DNA from: Acidobacteriota bacterium
GTDB lineage: Bacteria; Acidobacteriota; UBA6911
NCBI GenBank assembly: GCA_035506515.1
Contig: DATJPG010000072.1
Coordinates: 69,563-133,562 of the forward strand
Direction of reading: 5' to 3'
Length of the DNA stretch: 64,000 nucleotides
Shown: in pieces, positions 10,533 to 20,492 of the stretch
How the letters are laid out: every line of letters begins with the position of its first letter
How positions within the stretch are numbered: position 1 is the first letter of the stretch
Translations under genes and position numbers: made by a program
The notes under the pieces: model-generated
The model's database searches: none
Told to the model about the DNA's origin: nothing
Seen by the model: only the letters and a program-made list of their open reading frames with translations

Positions 10533-11180
10533 TTAAACCGCAACCAAGCCCATAATGGCATCATTCAGGAGTCCCGCATCCGCGAAACTGAAGTAGTCGT
10601 TGTGCCCGATCACCAGGTGATCCAAAACGCGGATACCGAGAATCTGGCCGGCATGAATCAGCCTTTTGGTGCAATCCTTGTCTTCCCTGCTCGGTGTCGG
10701 ATCACCCGAAGGATGGTTGTGCATAAAGATGAGCGCGGCGCTGCTGTCGCGGACGGCGGGCGCAAAGACCTCCCGCGGATGAACAACGGACGTGCTGAGG
10801 CTTCCGATGGAGATCAGCACTTCGCGAATCAGCTGGTTTTTCGAGTTGAGCTGCAAAGAAAAAAAATGTTCTTTCTGTGCCGTGAAAAAGCGCGCCCTGT
10901 ATCGCTGATACAGTTCTCTGCTGCTGGAAAAGCGTTCCCCTGGCTTGAGCGGAACACAGCACACCTGCTTCCCAAGCTGCAACGCATAGAATACCGACTC
11001 TGCCTGGCGCGGAGAAATCCTCCCCGCGCGCCTGATCTCCTCCAGCGTGGCATGCGCCAGATCCTGAGCAGAACCGAAATAATCCATTAATCGGCCGGAT
11101 GCCCTGCGCGCAGACTGGCTGCCGTCGCCCCGGGAAAGCACAAAAGACAGAAGATCCAGAATTTCAGAGCCGTTATTCAT
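10533..11180 (-). CDS. radC: RadC-family (JAB/MPN domain) protein
   Basis: C-terminal JAMM motif HNHPSGDPTPSREDKDCTKRL and an N-terminal HhH-like region. Confidence 0.85.
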   Translation of the reverse strand: MNNGSEILDLLSFVLSRGDGSQSARRASGRLMDYFGSAQDLAHATLEEIRRAGRISPRQAESVFYALQLGKQVCCVPLKPGERFSSSRELYQRYRARFFTAQKEHFFSLQLNSKNQLIREVLISIGSLSTSVVHPREVFAPAVRDSSAALIFMHNHPSGDPTPSREDKDCTKRLIHAGQILGIRVLDHLVIGHNDYFSFADAGLLNDAIMGLVAV

Positions 11181-11302
11181 GCCGGTCTACAAAAGAAGAG
11201 CTGTTGGCGACACTAGTTTACAAACGCCCTTTCATAGATCTAACTGCTGTGCATGGGGAGATGCCAATAAATTTTTCTATTCGGGAAGAAAAATCGGGCA
11301 GG

Positions 11303-12046
11303 TTAAATCGCGAGGCCGCCGTCGACCTGAATGACCTGGCCGGTGATATACCGGGCATCCTCCGACAGGAGGAACGCGGCGACGCGGGCGACTTCTTCGG
11401 GAGTTCCAAAACGACCGATGGGGATGGCTTTTGATGCCATGGACTTCTGATCCTCGGCCAGGGATTTCGTCATTTCGGTATCGATGAAACCAAGGGCCAG
11501 CGCGTTTACGGTGACGTTTCGTCCGGCCAGTTCTTTTGCCAGCGATTTGGTCAGCCCGATCATCCCGGCCTTGGAGGCAGCGTAATTCGCCTGCCCCGCA
11601 TTCCCTACCAATCCGCTGACGGAGGTAACATTCAGGATGGACCCGTATCGGGCTTTGGCCATGATCGGGGATACGGCCCTTGAAAAGTTAAAGGCGCCCT
11701 TGAGGTTCGTGTCCAAGACTTCGTCCCAATCTCCTTCGGTCATGCGCAAGATCAACTTGTCTTTGACAACTCCGGCGTTGTTGACCAGGTAGTCCACACT
11801 GCCGTATCTTTTGTGCACTTCCTGCACCATGGTATTTGCAGAATCGAAATCATCCACGCTGGATTGAATGCAAAAATTTTGTCTTCCTAAAGCGGAAAGC
11901 TCTGCAGCCAATTGTTCAGCCTGAGCCCGGCTCTTCAGATAGCTGAAGGCGACATTGCAGCCGCGCCGCCCAAGCTCCAGGCAAATCGCGCGTCCGATAC
12001 CCCGGGCGGCTCCTGTTACGATTGCGGTTCTGCCTGCAAAATTCAT
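11303..12046 (-). CDS. fabG: 3-oxoacyl-[acyl-carrier-protein] reductase
   Basis: TGAARGIGRAI Rossmann motif, NNAG, the YAASKAG catalytic tetrad region and GQVIQVDGG at the C-terminus. Confidence 0.85.
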   Translation of the reverse strand: MNFAGRTAIVTGAARGIGRAICLELGRRGCNVAFSYLKSRAQAEQLAAELSALGRQNFCIQSSVDDFDSANTMVQEVHKRYGSVDYLVNNAGVVKDKLILRMTEGDWDEVLDTNLKGAFNFSRAVSPIMAKARYGSILNVTSVSGLVGNAGQANYAASKAGMIGLTKSLAKELAGRNVTVNALALGFIDTEMTKSLAEDQKSMASKAIPIGRFGTPEEVARVAAFLLSEDARYITGQVIQVDGGLAI

Positions 12047-12085
12047 CTGTACCTGTCGAATCCTGAATCCGCGTGCGGCCAGTTA

Positions 12086-12259
12086 CTAAAACGGGAACGG
12101 GAACATCAGCCAGCCGGCCACGATGGAGAGGATTGTGAATGAGCAAAGGAGCAGGAGGAAATATTTGAGGCGTTCTTTGGACCCATTCCGAGCGATGAAT
12201 GTGAGTACCAGTGAAGTCAGAATGCTGAAAACCAACAATAAAACAAAATGATTCTTCAT
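12086..12259 (-). CDS. Small hydrophobic protein, 57 aa (below the ORF-track cutoff), translationally coupled to the upstream membrane protein
   Basis: Hand translation gives MKNHFVLLLVFSILTSLVLTFIARNGSKERLKYFLLLLCSFTILSIVAGWLMFPFPF with two predicted TM helices. Its ATG overlaps the TGA of ORF 12256..12684 as ATGA. It ends 40 bp upstream of the fabG start. Confidence 0.45.
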   Translation of the reverse strand: MKNHFVLLLVFSILTSLVLTFIARNGSKERLKYFLLLLCSFTILSIVAGWLMFPFPF

Positions 12260-12684
12260 TGCTTTCTGCCCATGGCTATATCGAAAACATCGACGATGAC
12301 CAACATATTGAGAAGGCCGGCGACATAAATGAAAACATTCGCGTAATCATAGGTGTATGCTGTCGGATCCCCGGCACCAATACCCTGCACGAATGAAAAC
12401 CAGTAGAGCAGCCCGGATCCGGCTTCTGCCAGAAATTTCAGGGAAGAAAACAGGCTTCCGAAATCAGGGCCGAAAATCCTGCCACTCCATTGAATGCCCA
12501 GGACAAACATCACCATGATACAACCGAAAAACACCAATGCACGATCCCACTTGCGCAGAATGGCATGCCCGAGTCCGGGGACAACGGCACCCGCCACACA
12601 AGCGGAAAATATCATGGCAGCACTCGCGCGCGGCCCGACCTGCGGATCATCCTGCAACGTTTCCGGCATAGCATCGCTCTTCAT
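12256..12684 (-). CDS. Hypothetical integral membrane protein (3-4 TM helices)
   Basis: Hydrophobic segments throughout (AMIFSACVAGAVVPGLG; VFFGCIMVMFVLGI; VFIYVAGLLNMLVIV). No recognisable catalytic motif. Confidence 0.55.
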   Translation of the reverse strand: MKSDAMPETLQDDPQVGPRASAAMIFSACVAGAVVPGLGHAILRKWDRALVFFGCIMVMFVLGIQWSGRIFGPDFGSLFSSLKFLAEAGSGLLYWFSFVQGIGAGDPTAYTYDYANVFIYVAGLLNMLVIVDVFDIAMGRKQ

Positions 12685-12910
12685 AAGAGAAAGATCTTAC
12701 GGAAAGCGGTGAGGCCAGTCAAGGCGAAAGCCCCGAGGCTCCAATCAATTCCCCCTGATCCCTAGGCCGGTTTGGTACCTGGGTCGACCGCTGCCTCACG
12801 AATACTCCACCGCTGGCAAATGTCAGCCATCGGCGCCGGCTAACAATCGCAAACATGCATTGCGCCCCGGATTTTTGATCTCCGGTCCAAACCCTTTCTT
12901 CTGCTCTACT

Positions 12911-12946
12911 TCAAAGCGAGAATCGGGGATCCGGAGTCGAAAATCT
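12911..12946. repeat. Degenerate or partial copy (E) of the TCGG-unit repeat family
   Basis: tcaaagcgagaatcggggatccggagtcgaaaatc shares the tcaaagcg, atcgggg and agtcgaaatc segments with copy D at 59330-59390. Confidence 0.35.
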
Positions 12947-13093
12947 CAGTGAAGATTCCTATCGTCCCTGCATCCGTCGGTCGATACCAATAGGGAGGCA
13001 AATGTCCGTGCCGTTGCCACGAGTGCGGCGCCTGGAATTGCCTCATTTCTCGGACATATTGCAGCGAGCGCATTGCTATTTTGAGAGGAACTC

Positions 13094-14213
13094 CATGAAC
13101 CTGGACACTCTGCTTCGCGTCATGATTTCGAAAGGCGCCTCTGATTTACATCTGAAAGTCGGTTGCTTCCCGCACCTCCGAGTCAACGGGGAGCTGGTTC
13201 CTCTCGGCGACCAGGGTAAGCTCGACAAAGAAGATTCGCTCATGATGGCGTTTTCCATCATGAACAATAAGCAGAAAGAACGGTTCAGGGATCAGGCGGA
13301 GATCGATTTGGGCTACGGTCTCCGGGGCCTTGGGCGCTTTCGCGTGAATGTTTTCCAGCAGCGCGGCCAGGTTTCCGTGGCGATCCGCGCCATTCCGACC
13401 AACATTCCCGGCTTTGAGGAATTGCACCTTCCCAGCATTCTCGAAAAAATTGCCCGCGAGCCCAGAGGACTCATCCTGGTCACGGGGACCACAGGCTCCG
13501 GCAAATCGACCACCATCGCCTCGATGCTCAATTACATTAACGAACGCACGATGCGCCATATCATCACGATCGAGGACCCGATCGAGTTTTCCTACACCGA
13601 TCGGATGAGCATCATCAGCCAGCGCGAAGTCGGCGTCGACGCCCAAAGCTTTGCCGCCGCCTTGCGCAGTTCCCTGCGTCAGGATCCCGACGTGATCCTG
13701 GTCGGCGAAATGCGCGACATGGAAACCATCGAGACGGCACTTGTGGCCGCCGAAACCGGGCACCTTGTTTTCAGCACTTTGCATACCCTGGACGCGGTGG
13801 AAACCATTAACCGTATCGTGGCTGTGTTTCCCATCCACCAGCAGAAGCAGATCCGGCTGCAGTTATCGATGGTCATTCGCGCGGTGATCTCGATGCGCCT
13901 CATGAAGCGATCGGATACTTCCGGACGCGTACCAGCCATCGAAATCATGCGAGCGACCGAGCTGATCCGCAGCTGCGTTCTGGATCCGGATAAAACCCGC
14001 CTCCTGCGCGAGGCGATCGCCGCAGGCACGTCCCAGTACGGCATGCAGACGTTCGACCAGTCCATTTACGAGCATTACAAGGAAGGCCGAATCACACTGG
14101 AAGACGCCCTCAGCTATGCCACCAACCCAGAGGAATTCAAGCTGCGCGTGCAGGGGATCTACACCACCAAAGACGCCGCTATAGAATCCATGGAACGGGA
14201 TATCGCAAGGTAG
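13094..14213 (+). CDS. pilT: Type IV pilus retraction ATPase PilT (twitching-motility protein)
   Basis: ASDLHL N-terminal motif, Walker A GTTGSGKST, and Asp box plus His box in a PilT/GspE-family fold. A GAGAGG RBS sits 6 nt before the ATG at 13094. The in-frame upstream ATG at 13002 was rejected. Confidence 0.88.
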
Positions 14214-14302
14214 TATGATTCCCGGGTCGGATCGGGAATCTCGCGCAGTCCGCTTCATCCGTTAGCTGCCCGTTAGAATCCCCATTTCCTGAATACCGAA
14301 AC

Positions 14303-14809
14303 ATGGACGGCGAAATTCACAAATTGCTCATGAAGAAGGCTGGAGCCATTTTAGCTCGTCGAGCCCATAGCCGCGCCGAGCTTCAAGCGAAGCTCGCGGA
14401 TATGGCCGATGAAGTGGAGGTCGAGGCCGTCCTCGAACGGCTGGAACGACTGAACCTTCTCAATGACTTCGAATATGCGTATAATTTTGCACTCCGGCGC
14501 ATGCGCCGGTTGGGATGGAGCCGGACCAGGGTAGAAAATGCGCTTCTAGGCCATCAGGTAAGCTCCGCGGTAATCGAGCGCGCACTGGAAAAGATGAATG
14601 AGTCGGGCGGCGAACAATCGGTTCTCAACTCCTATCTGCTGAAGCGATACGGGAAAAGCGGGCTGCCGGCCGACGTTAAGGGTGTTCGAAAGCTTATCCT
14701 GCACCTGCGACAACGCGGATTCGAGGAAGAGAATATTTTGGGCGCGCTGAGAGGAAAAATACCCGACGCAACCCTGCAGCGCTTTGAGACAGGAGAGTAC
14801 TTTGATTAG
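14303..14809 (+). CDS. recX: Recombination regulator RecX
   Basis: About 168 aa of three-helix repeat architecture typical of RecX (RAHSRAELQAKL..., ...LKRYGKSGL...). Confidence 0.8.
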   Translation: MDGEIHKLLMKKAGAILARRAHSRAELQAKLADMADEVEVEAVLERLERLNLLNDFEYAYNFALRRMRRLGWSRTRVENALLGHQVSSAVIERALEKMNESGGEQSVLNSYLLKRYGKSGLPADVKGVRKLILHLRQRGFEEENILGALRGKIPDATLQRFETGEYFD

Positions 14810-17441
14810 CAGCAACCAGATCCGTGACACGTTTCTAAAATATTTCGAACAGGCTGATCACAAAATCGTTCCCAGCTCGTCCCTGATCCCCTTCAACGAT
14901 CCGACGCTGCTTTTTACCAACGCAGGGATGAATCAATTCAAGGATGTATTTCTGGGAAACGAAAACCGTCCTTACAAACGGGCGACTTCAAGCCAGAAGT
15001 GCATGCGTGTGAGCGGCAAACAAAATGATTTCAAAGAAGTCGGACGATCCAATCGCCATCATACCTTTTTCGAAATGTTGGGGAATTTTTCCTTTGGAAA
15101 TTATTATAAAAAAGAAGCGATTCACTTCGCCTGGGAGATGCTGACCCGGAACTTCGGACTGGATTCCAAACGGCTCTGGATTACGGTTTTCCGCGACGAC
15201 GATGCCGCATGGAACATTTGGCACACGCAGGAAGGCATTCCGGAAAGCAAGATCATGCGCCTGGGAGAAAAAGACAATTTCTGGTCCATGGGCGATACCG
15301 GCCCGTGCGGCCCCTGCTCCGAGGTTCACTATGATTTCGGCAAGAGCCCGACCCCGGATCACGGGGATTGCGATCTCACCTGCTCCTGCGGACGCTGGGT
15401 TGAGGTTTGGAACCTCGTCTTCATGCAGTACAACCGCGACTCCAGCGGTGCCATGAATCCGCTGCCTTCCCCTTCCATCGACACCGGGATGGGATTCGAA
15501 AGGATCACGACGATCCTGCAGAGTAAGGCATCCACTTATGACACGGACCTTTTTAAACCTCTCCTGCATGAAATATCCGGCATCTGCAATACCGATTACG
15601 GCGCCGATCCAAACGATGACCTCTCGATGAGAATCATTGCCGATCATTCGCGCGCTTCTGCATTTGTGATCGGCGACGGTCAATATCCCGGCAACGATAA
15701 GCGAGGGTATGTGCTGCGCAAGATCATGCGGCGCGCTCTTGTGCACGGCAAGCGACTGGGGATTGAAGAGCCGTTCATGTACCGGATAGCTGGAAAAGTT
15801 GTGGAATGCATGAAGGAAGCTTATCCGGAACTGGTTGCTGCTCGGGAAACGATCGCCCGCGTGATCCGGCAGGAAGAGGAATCTTTTGCCGTTACGCTCG
15901 GCGACGCCCTTAAGGATTTCAAAGAGCGAACCCGAAAACTAAAGGCCTCGAGCAGCAGAACCTTTCCCGGAGAAGATGCCTTCTTCCTGTATGACACCCG
16001 GGGCTTGCCGTTGGAAATCATCGAAGACCTCGCGCAGGAGAATGGCTTAACGGTCGATGAAGCCGGTTTTTATAAGGCATTTGAAGCTCAACGAAAACGG
16101 TCACGGCAAGACCATGAGTCCGGTAAAGAGGATCAACAGTTCACAGAGATAGTCCTCGATGCCAAAACCAGGTTTGAGGGGTACGGGATCGAAGGCCCCA
16201 TGAAATCACGCGTTCAGGGCATTCTCGTTGACGGAAAAGTGGCCGATCGGATTACGGCAGGACAAAAAGGAGAAATCGTTCTGGACGTAACTCCGTTTTA
16301 TGCAGAATCCGGCGGACAGGTCGGGGACACCGGTTCTCTGGCGATAGACGGTTCCAGAGCAAAAGTACTCGATACGGTCTACAAGGGTACGCTACTGACG
16401 CACGTGGTAGAGATGGAAACCGGAACGATTCGCGAAGGCGACGGCGTCGAGGCATTGGTCGATCTTGAGCGGCGGCGCTTAACGATGAAGAATCATACGG
16501 CTACCCACCTGCTGCAGGCAGCCTTGCAGAAGACTTTGGGAAATCACGTAAAGCAGGCGGGTTCGCTCGTTTCTCCGGACCGACTGAGGTTTGACTTTAC
16601 GCATTACGCTCCGCTGACCAGGGCCGAAATGCAGAAAATTGAAGATCTTGTAAACGAACAAATCTGGATGAACTCGGAAATCAGGACCTCGGTCATGGAT
16701 CTGGAAATGGCCATGAAGTCCGGTGCCATGGCCCTCTTCGGCGAAAAATATCAGGAAAAGGTCAGGGTCGTGGAAGTCCCGGGTTTCAGCAAGGAACTCT
16801 GCGGCGGCACGCATGTGCCAGCGACAGGCACGATCGGCATGTTCAAGATTGTGAGTGAATCGGGAATCGCGGCCGGAATTCGCAGAATTGAGGCTGTTAC
16901 CGGGCCTGCGTCCCTGGAACGTTTTCGTGGAGATGAGCAGATCTTGGACATCGTTCAAATGCAGAATAAGGTATCCCGCAACGATATCCCTGCTTTGATT
17001 GATAAACTCCAAAGTCAGGTTCGTGAATTGCAGCACCAGATTCTGGATTTGAAAATGCAGTCGGCACGAGCCGGCCTTGGCGCCATGCTATCCCGCGCCA
17101 AGGAGATACGGGGAATCCGCGTGCTGGCAGCCACGGTCCCTGAAACGGATCGCGCCAGCCTGAGAAATGTTGCGGACGAAGTCAAACAAAAGCTGGGATC
17201 AGGCATCGTTGTCCTCGGAGCTCCACAAGATGAAAAGGTTGCGCTGATTGTCATGGTCACCGGCGACCTTTGCAAGCGCATTCCTGCCGGGCAGATTATC
17301 AAGCAGATTGCTCCCCTGGTGGGAGGAGCTGGCGGCGGCAAACCTGAACTTGCCGAGGCAGGCGGAAAAGATCAGACCAAACTGGCGGAGGCGATCGAGC
17401 AAAGCTACTCCGTCATTGAAAATCTGCTGGCTGAGCGTTAA
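14784..17441 (+). CDS. alaS: Alanine--tRNA ligase
   Basis: N-terminal class-II core (FLKYFEQADHKIV...FTNAGMNQFKD), the HxxxH/CxxxH editing and zinc motifs, and a C-terminal DHHA1-like GGGGKPELAEAGG. The start may be the TTG at 14802. Confidence 0.95.
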   Translation: MRQESTLISSNQIRDTFLKYFEQADHKIVPSSSLIPFNDPTLLFTNAGMNQFKDVFLGNENRPYKRATSSQKCMRVSGKQNDFKEVGRSNRHHTFFEMLGNFSFGNYYKKEAIHFAWEMLTRNFGLDSKRLWITVFRDDDAAWNIWHTQEGIPESKIMRLGEKDNFWSMGDTGPCGPCSEVHYDFGKSPTPDHGDCDLTCSCGRWVEVWNLVFMQYNRDSSGAMNPLPSPSIDTGMGFERITTILQSKASTYDTDLFKPLLHEISGICNTDYGADPNDDLSMRIIADHSRASAFVIGDGQYPGNDKRGYVLRKIMRRALVHGKRLGIEEPFMYRIAGKVVECMKEAYPELVAARETIARVIRQEEESFAVTLGDALKDFKERTRKLKASSSRTFPGEDAFFLYDTRGLPLEIIEDLAQENGLTVDEAGFYKAFEAQRKRSRQDHESGKEDQQFTEIVLDAKTRFEGYGIEGPMKSRVQGILVDGKVADRITAGQKGEIVLDVTPFYAESGGQVGDTGSLAIDGSRAKVLDTVYKGTLLTHVVEMETGTIREGDGVEALVDLERRRLTMKNHTATHLLQAALQKTLGNHVKQAGSLVSPDRLRFDFTHYAPLTRAEMQKIEDLVNEQIWMNSEIRTSVMDLEMAMKSGAMALFGEKYQEKVRVVEVPGFSKELCGGTHVPATGTIGMFKIVSESGIAAGIRRIEAVTGPASLERFRGDEQILDIVQMQNKVSRNDIPALIDKLQSQVRELQHQILDLKMQSARAGLGAMLSRAKEIRGIRVLAATVPETDRASLRNVADEVKQKLGSGIVVLGAPQDEKVALIVMVTGDLCKRIPAGQIIKQIAPLVGGAGGGKPELAEAGGKDQTKLAEAIEQSYSVIENLLAER

Positions 17442-17650
17442 TACTTAAAATGTATGGATGGTGGTAAGAGGGGATCCAAACAGAGAAGTCCATCCGGCCT
17501 GGCGCCGCAATTTTGGGGATGTCACCCTGAAGAAATCGTCATTGGGCGACGCAAAACATGTCCCTATTTGCAGAAAAATGGAGAAGTTTCTTATAGCATT
17601 AGTTCTTTTTTGCCGATAATTAACATGTTCGTATTATGGGAACCCATTGC

Positions 17651-18346
17651 ATGAACCATCGGAAATTTTTCCTGCTTGCGATCCTTCTGATGATGACTGC
17701 CGGGAGTTTCTGCGCCAGCGCGTGGGGCCAGCAGCCTCTTTATTCCTATACAGATGACAATGGTATCCAGGTATACACAAATCTTCCACCGGTCAACAGC
17801 AAGGCCGGTATGAAGATCCAGGGATCGGTTCCTCCCGCTGAACCGCCACCGCCCATAGCGAAGGAAGAATCCTACAACGCAATCATCGAAAAATATGCCG
17901 GCGATTATGGGCTGGATCCGTCGCTGATCCATTCCATAATTGCGACAGAATCAGGATTTAATTCAAAAGCCGTCTCTCCCAAAGGGGCCCGCGGTCTTAT
18001 GCAGCTGATGCCGGCAACAGCCCAGAGATTGGGCGTCAGCAACAGTTTTGACCCCGAGGAAAATATCCGAGGCGGCGTCAAGCACTTCCGCTCCCTGATG
18101 GACAATTTCAATAACGACCTGGAATTAAGCCTGGCCGCCTACAACGCAGGTGAAAATTTGGTGCAGCGTCTTGGTCGCGTACCGGAAATCAGGGAAACCA
18201 AGGACTACGTCCAATCCGTGACGACCAAATACGGCAAGAAAACTGCGCAAACGCAGGAGCAAGAAGGCGAAAAGCACCCCCCGGCATTCCGCTTTATTGA
18301 CGAATCGGGCATTTTGCACCTGACAAATATTCCGCCATCGCGCTAA
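17651..18346 (+). CDS. Lytic transglycosylase (SLT domain) flanked by DUF4124-like segments
   Basis: SLT signature ESGFNSKAVSPKGARGLMQLMP...AYNAGE. YSYTDDNGIQVYTN and FRFIDESGILHLTNIP flank the domain. Signal peptide present. A candidate promoter TTGCCG-N16-TATTAT lies at 17601-17633. Confidence 0.8.
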   Translation: MNHRKFFLLAILLMMTAGSFCASAWGQQPLYSYTDDNGIQVYTNLPPVNSKAGMKIQGSVPPAEPPPPIAKEESYNAIIEKYAGDYGLDPSLIHSIIATESGFNSKAVSPKGARGLMQLMPATAQRLGVSNSFDPEENIRGGVKHFRSLMDNFNNDLELSLAAYNAGENLVQRLGRVPEIRETKDYVQSVTTKYGKKTAQTQEQEGEKHPPAFRFIDESGILHLTNIPPSR

Positions 18347-18434
18347 TTGGGGACGGTTTTTTACGGCACCGGAGTGCTCTCGCCGATCTATCCCGCAAGT
18401 ACCTTAATTATCAATAAGTTCTAACTATTAGGAC

Positions 18435-20492
18435 TTGACACTTTATAAACAGAAATTTATTATGCATAGCATGAGGCGTCGTGGACGCGTTGTAAGCTTC
18501 TCGAAAGCAATCATTTGCATAGCCTTTGCTGTGTCCTTTTCGTCTTTTTCCGCCCTGGGGAATCGCTGGGATTCCGAGGGAGCCGCCCAGGCTTTCCAGG
18601 ATGCCGAGCGAATGAGAAATGAAATATCCCAGTCTGCCCAGCCTTCCCTGAGCCAATATACAGAATGTGCGCGGACTTACCGCAAGGTCCACGTTCGGGA
18701 TCCGCACTATGGCCGCACAGGGGATGCCATATACCAGGAAGCCATTATTTATCAGGAAATGGGCGATCGGTTCGCGAATCCGGAATATTACAAAACTGCC
18801 GTAAAGCGTTTTCAGCTGCTGATAAGGGATTATGGCGGGAACAGGAATTGCCCGGAAGCGCTTGTTCGTATGGGAGATATCTACAAATCTCTCAACGATG
18901 AAGTGGCGGCACAGAACACATACGAGTACCTGAAGAAAAACTACAGAGGCTCTGCCGCGGCCAGGAAGTTGGCAACCGGAAAACCGGTCGCGCCCCCGCC
19001 TCTCCAGGCAACTTACCCTCCAGCCGCCGCCGACTCCAAGCCTACCGCCAAACCGCCCGCTGACAAAATCTCAGTGATCCAAAGCATCCGGCACTTTTCG
19101 AGCAGTGACGATTCCCGTGTCATTATCGATCTGGATTCGATTGCCCGGTATGTAGAGAGCAATTTGTCCAATCCCGATAGGATCTATTTCGACATCGCTA
19201 AGGCAAAGCTGAGCAATAGCTTCGGAGCGCAGGCATTTGCGATCGACGACCAATTTCTCAAGCAGATCCGTATCTCGCTAAATAATCAGGATGCTGTGCG
19301 CGTGGTTCTGGATCTCTCGGCCAAAAGCGATCACACAGTATCCGAGTTAAGCGATCCTTTCCGCATAGTGATTGATTTGCGCAAGCCGGGCATGGCAAAG
19401 ACCGTTCCACGCCCGTCGCAGCCTGAACCCGCGATTCCGCCTGAATCTACGCGTTCTAAGCCTGTTCTGCAGCAAACCACTACGGCCGAAACCAAAGCGC
19501 CGTCGAAAGAGCTTCCACCTGCGCCCAAACCCCAGCTTTCGCAAGCCAATGAAACCAAGCCGGCAGAGCCCGGAGTGAGACAACCTCCTCGAGCCATTAC
19601 GCAGATACAGTCCATTCCGACGGAAGCTTCAAAACCGGTGCCTCCCACACCGGCGGCGACCTCAACTGCTAAGGCAAAGGCACCTGTGGAAACGGCCAAC
19701 GACAAGAAAACCGAATCCTCAAGCCAATCCAGACCAGCAGAGCCGACCAGTCTCGGAAACCGGACCCTGACTCGGATGTTGGGGTTAAAGATCGGCAAAA
19801 TAGTGATCGATCCAGGACATGGCGGCCACGACCTTGGTACCATCGGCCCGGGCGGACTCCTGGAAAAGAATCTCGTTCTATCGATTGCCCTAGATCTTCA
19901 GAATCTCTTGCAGGATAAGCTTGGAGCGCAGGTCATCCTCACACGCACGGACGACACATTCGTTTCGCTCGAAGAGAGGTCCGCCATCGCCAACCGGTTT
20001 CATGCGGATCTCTTTGTATCCATTCATGCCAATTCGAGCCGCAGCCGCTCGACCAGCGGAGTGGAAACCTATTATCTTAATTTTGCCAAGACGGATGCCG
20101 AGCGCGAAATAGCCTCCAGAGAAAACGCGACTTCAGCCGAAAACATCAGCGAACTGGAAGATCTCATAAAGAAAATTGCGCAGGCTGACAAATCAACCGA
20201 ATCCAAAGAACTGGCATCTATCATCCAGGATAGGCTGTATGCCGGCGTTAAAAAAATGTTTCCTGCGGCACAGAATCGCGGTGTTCGCAGCGCTCCGTTC
20301 ATTGTATTGATCGGGGCGAACATGCCTTCCGTCCTCACCGAGGTCGCCTTTATCAGCAATCCCAGGGACGAACGGCTTTTGAAAAAGGCTACCAACCAGG
20401 AGCGGCTGGTTAAAGCCCTGTTCTCAGGCATTGAGGACTATATGAAGACGCTTGGGAGCGATATGGCCCAGAACGGGCCGCACACTAACTAG
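18435..20492 (+). CDS. N-acetylmuramoyl-L-alanine amidase (AmiC-like) with an N-terminal TPR/YbgF-like region and an AMIN domain
   Basis: C-terminal Amidase_3 motifs (VIDPGHGGHD...SIHANS...GVETYYLN...VLTEVAFISN). A central beta-rich AMIN-like block (DSRVIIDLDS...IYFDI...VRVVLDL...FRIVIDL). An N-terminal TPR-like segment. A Pro/Ala-rich linker. Confidence 0.8.
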   Translation: MTLYKQKFIMHSMRRRGRVVSFSKAIICIAFAVSFSSFSALGNRWDSEGAAQAFQDAERMRNEISQSAQPSLSQYTECARTYRKVHVRDPHYGRTGDAIYQEAIIYQEMGDRFANPEYYKTAVKRFQLLIRDYGGNRNCPEALVRMGDIYKSLNDEVAAQNTYEYLKKNYRGSAAARKLATGKPVAPPPLQATYPPAAADSKPTAKPPADKISVIQSIRHFSSSDDSRVIIDLDSIARYVESNLSNPDRIYFDIAKAKLSNSFGAQAFAIDDQFLKQIRISLNNQDAVRVVLDLSAKSDHTVSELSDPFRIVIDLRKPGMAKTVPRPSQPEPAIPPESTRSKPVLQQTTTAETKAPSKELPPAPKPQLSQANETKPAEPGVRQPPRAITQIQSIPTEASKPVPPTPAATSTAKAKAPVETANDKKTESSSQSRPAEPTSLGNRTLTRMLGLKIGKIVIDPGHGGHDLGTIGPGGLLEKNLVLSIALDLQNLLQDKLGAQVILTRTDDTFVSLEERSAIANRFHADLFVSIHANSSRSRSTSGVETYYLNFAKTDAEREIASRENATSAENISELEDLIKKIAQADKSTESKELASIIQDRLYAGVKKMFPAAQNRGVRSAPFIVLIGANMPSVLTEVAFISNPRDERLLKKATNQERLVKALFSGIEDYMKTLGSDMAQNGPHTN

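Noticed and set aside
13002-13093. In-frame upstream ATG giving PilT a 31-aa N-terminal extension
   Set aside because: PilT homologues start close to the ASDLHL motif and the ATG at 13094 has a well-spaced GAGAGG RBS. The extension is not protein-like.
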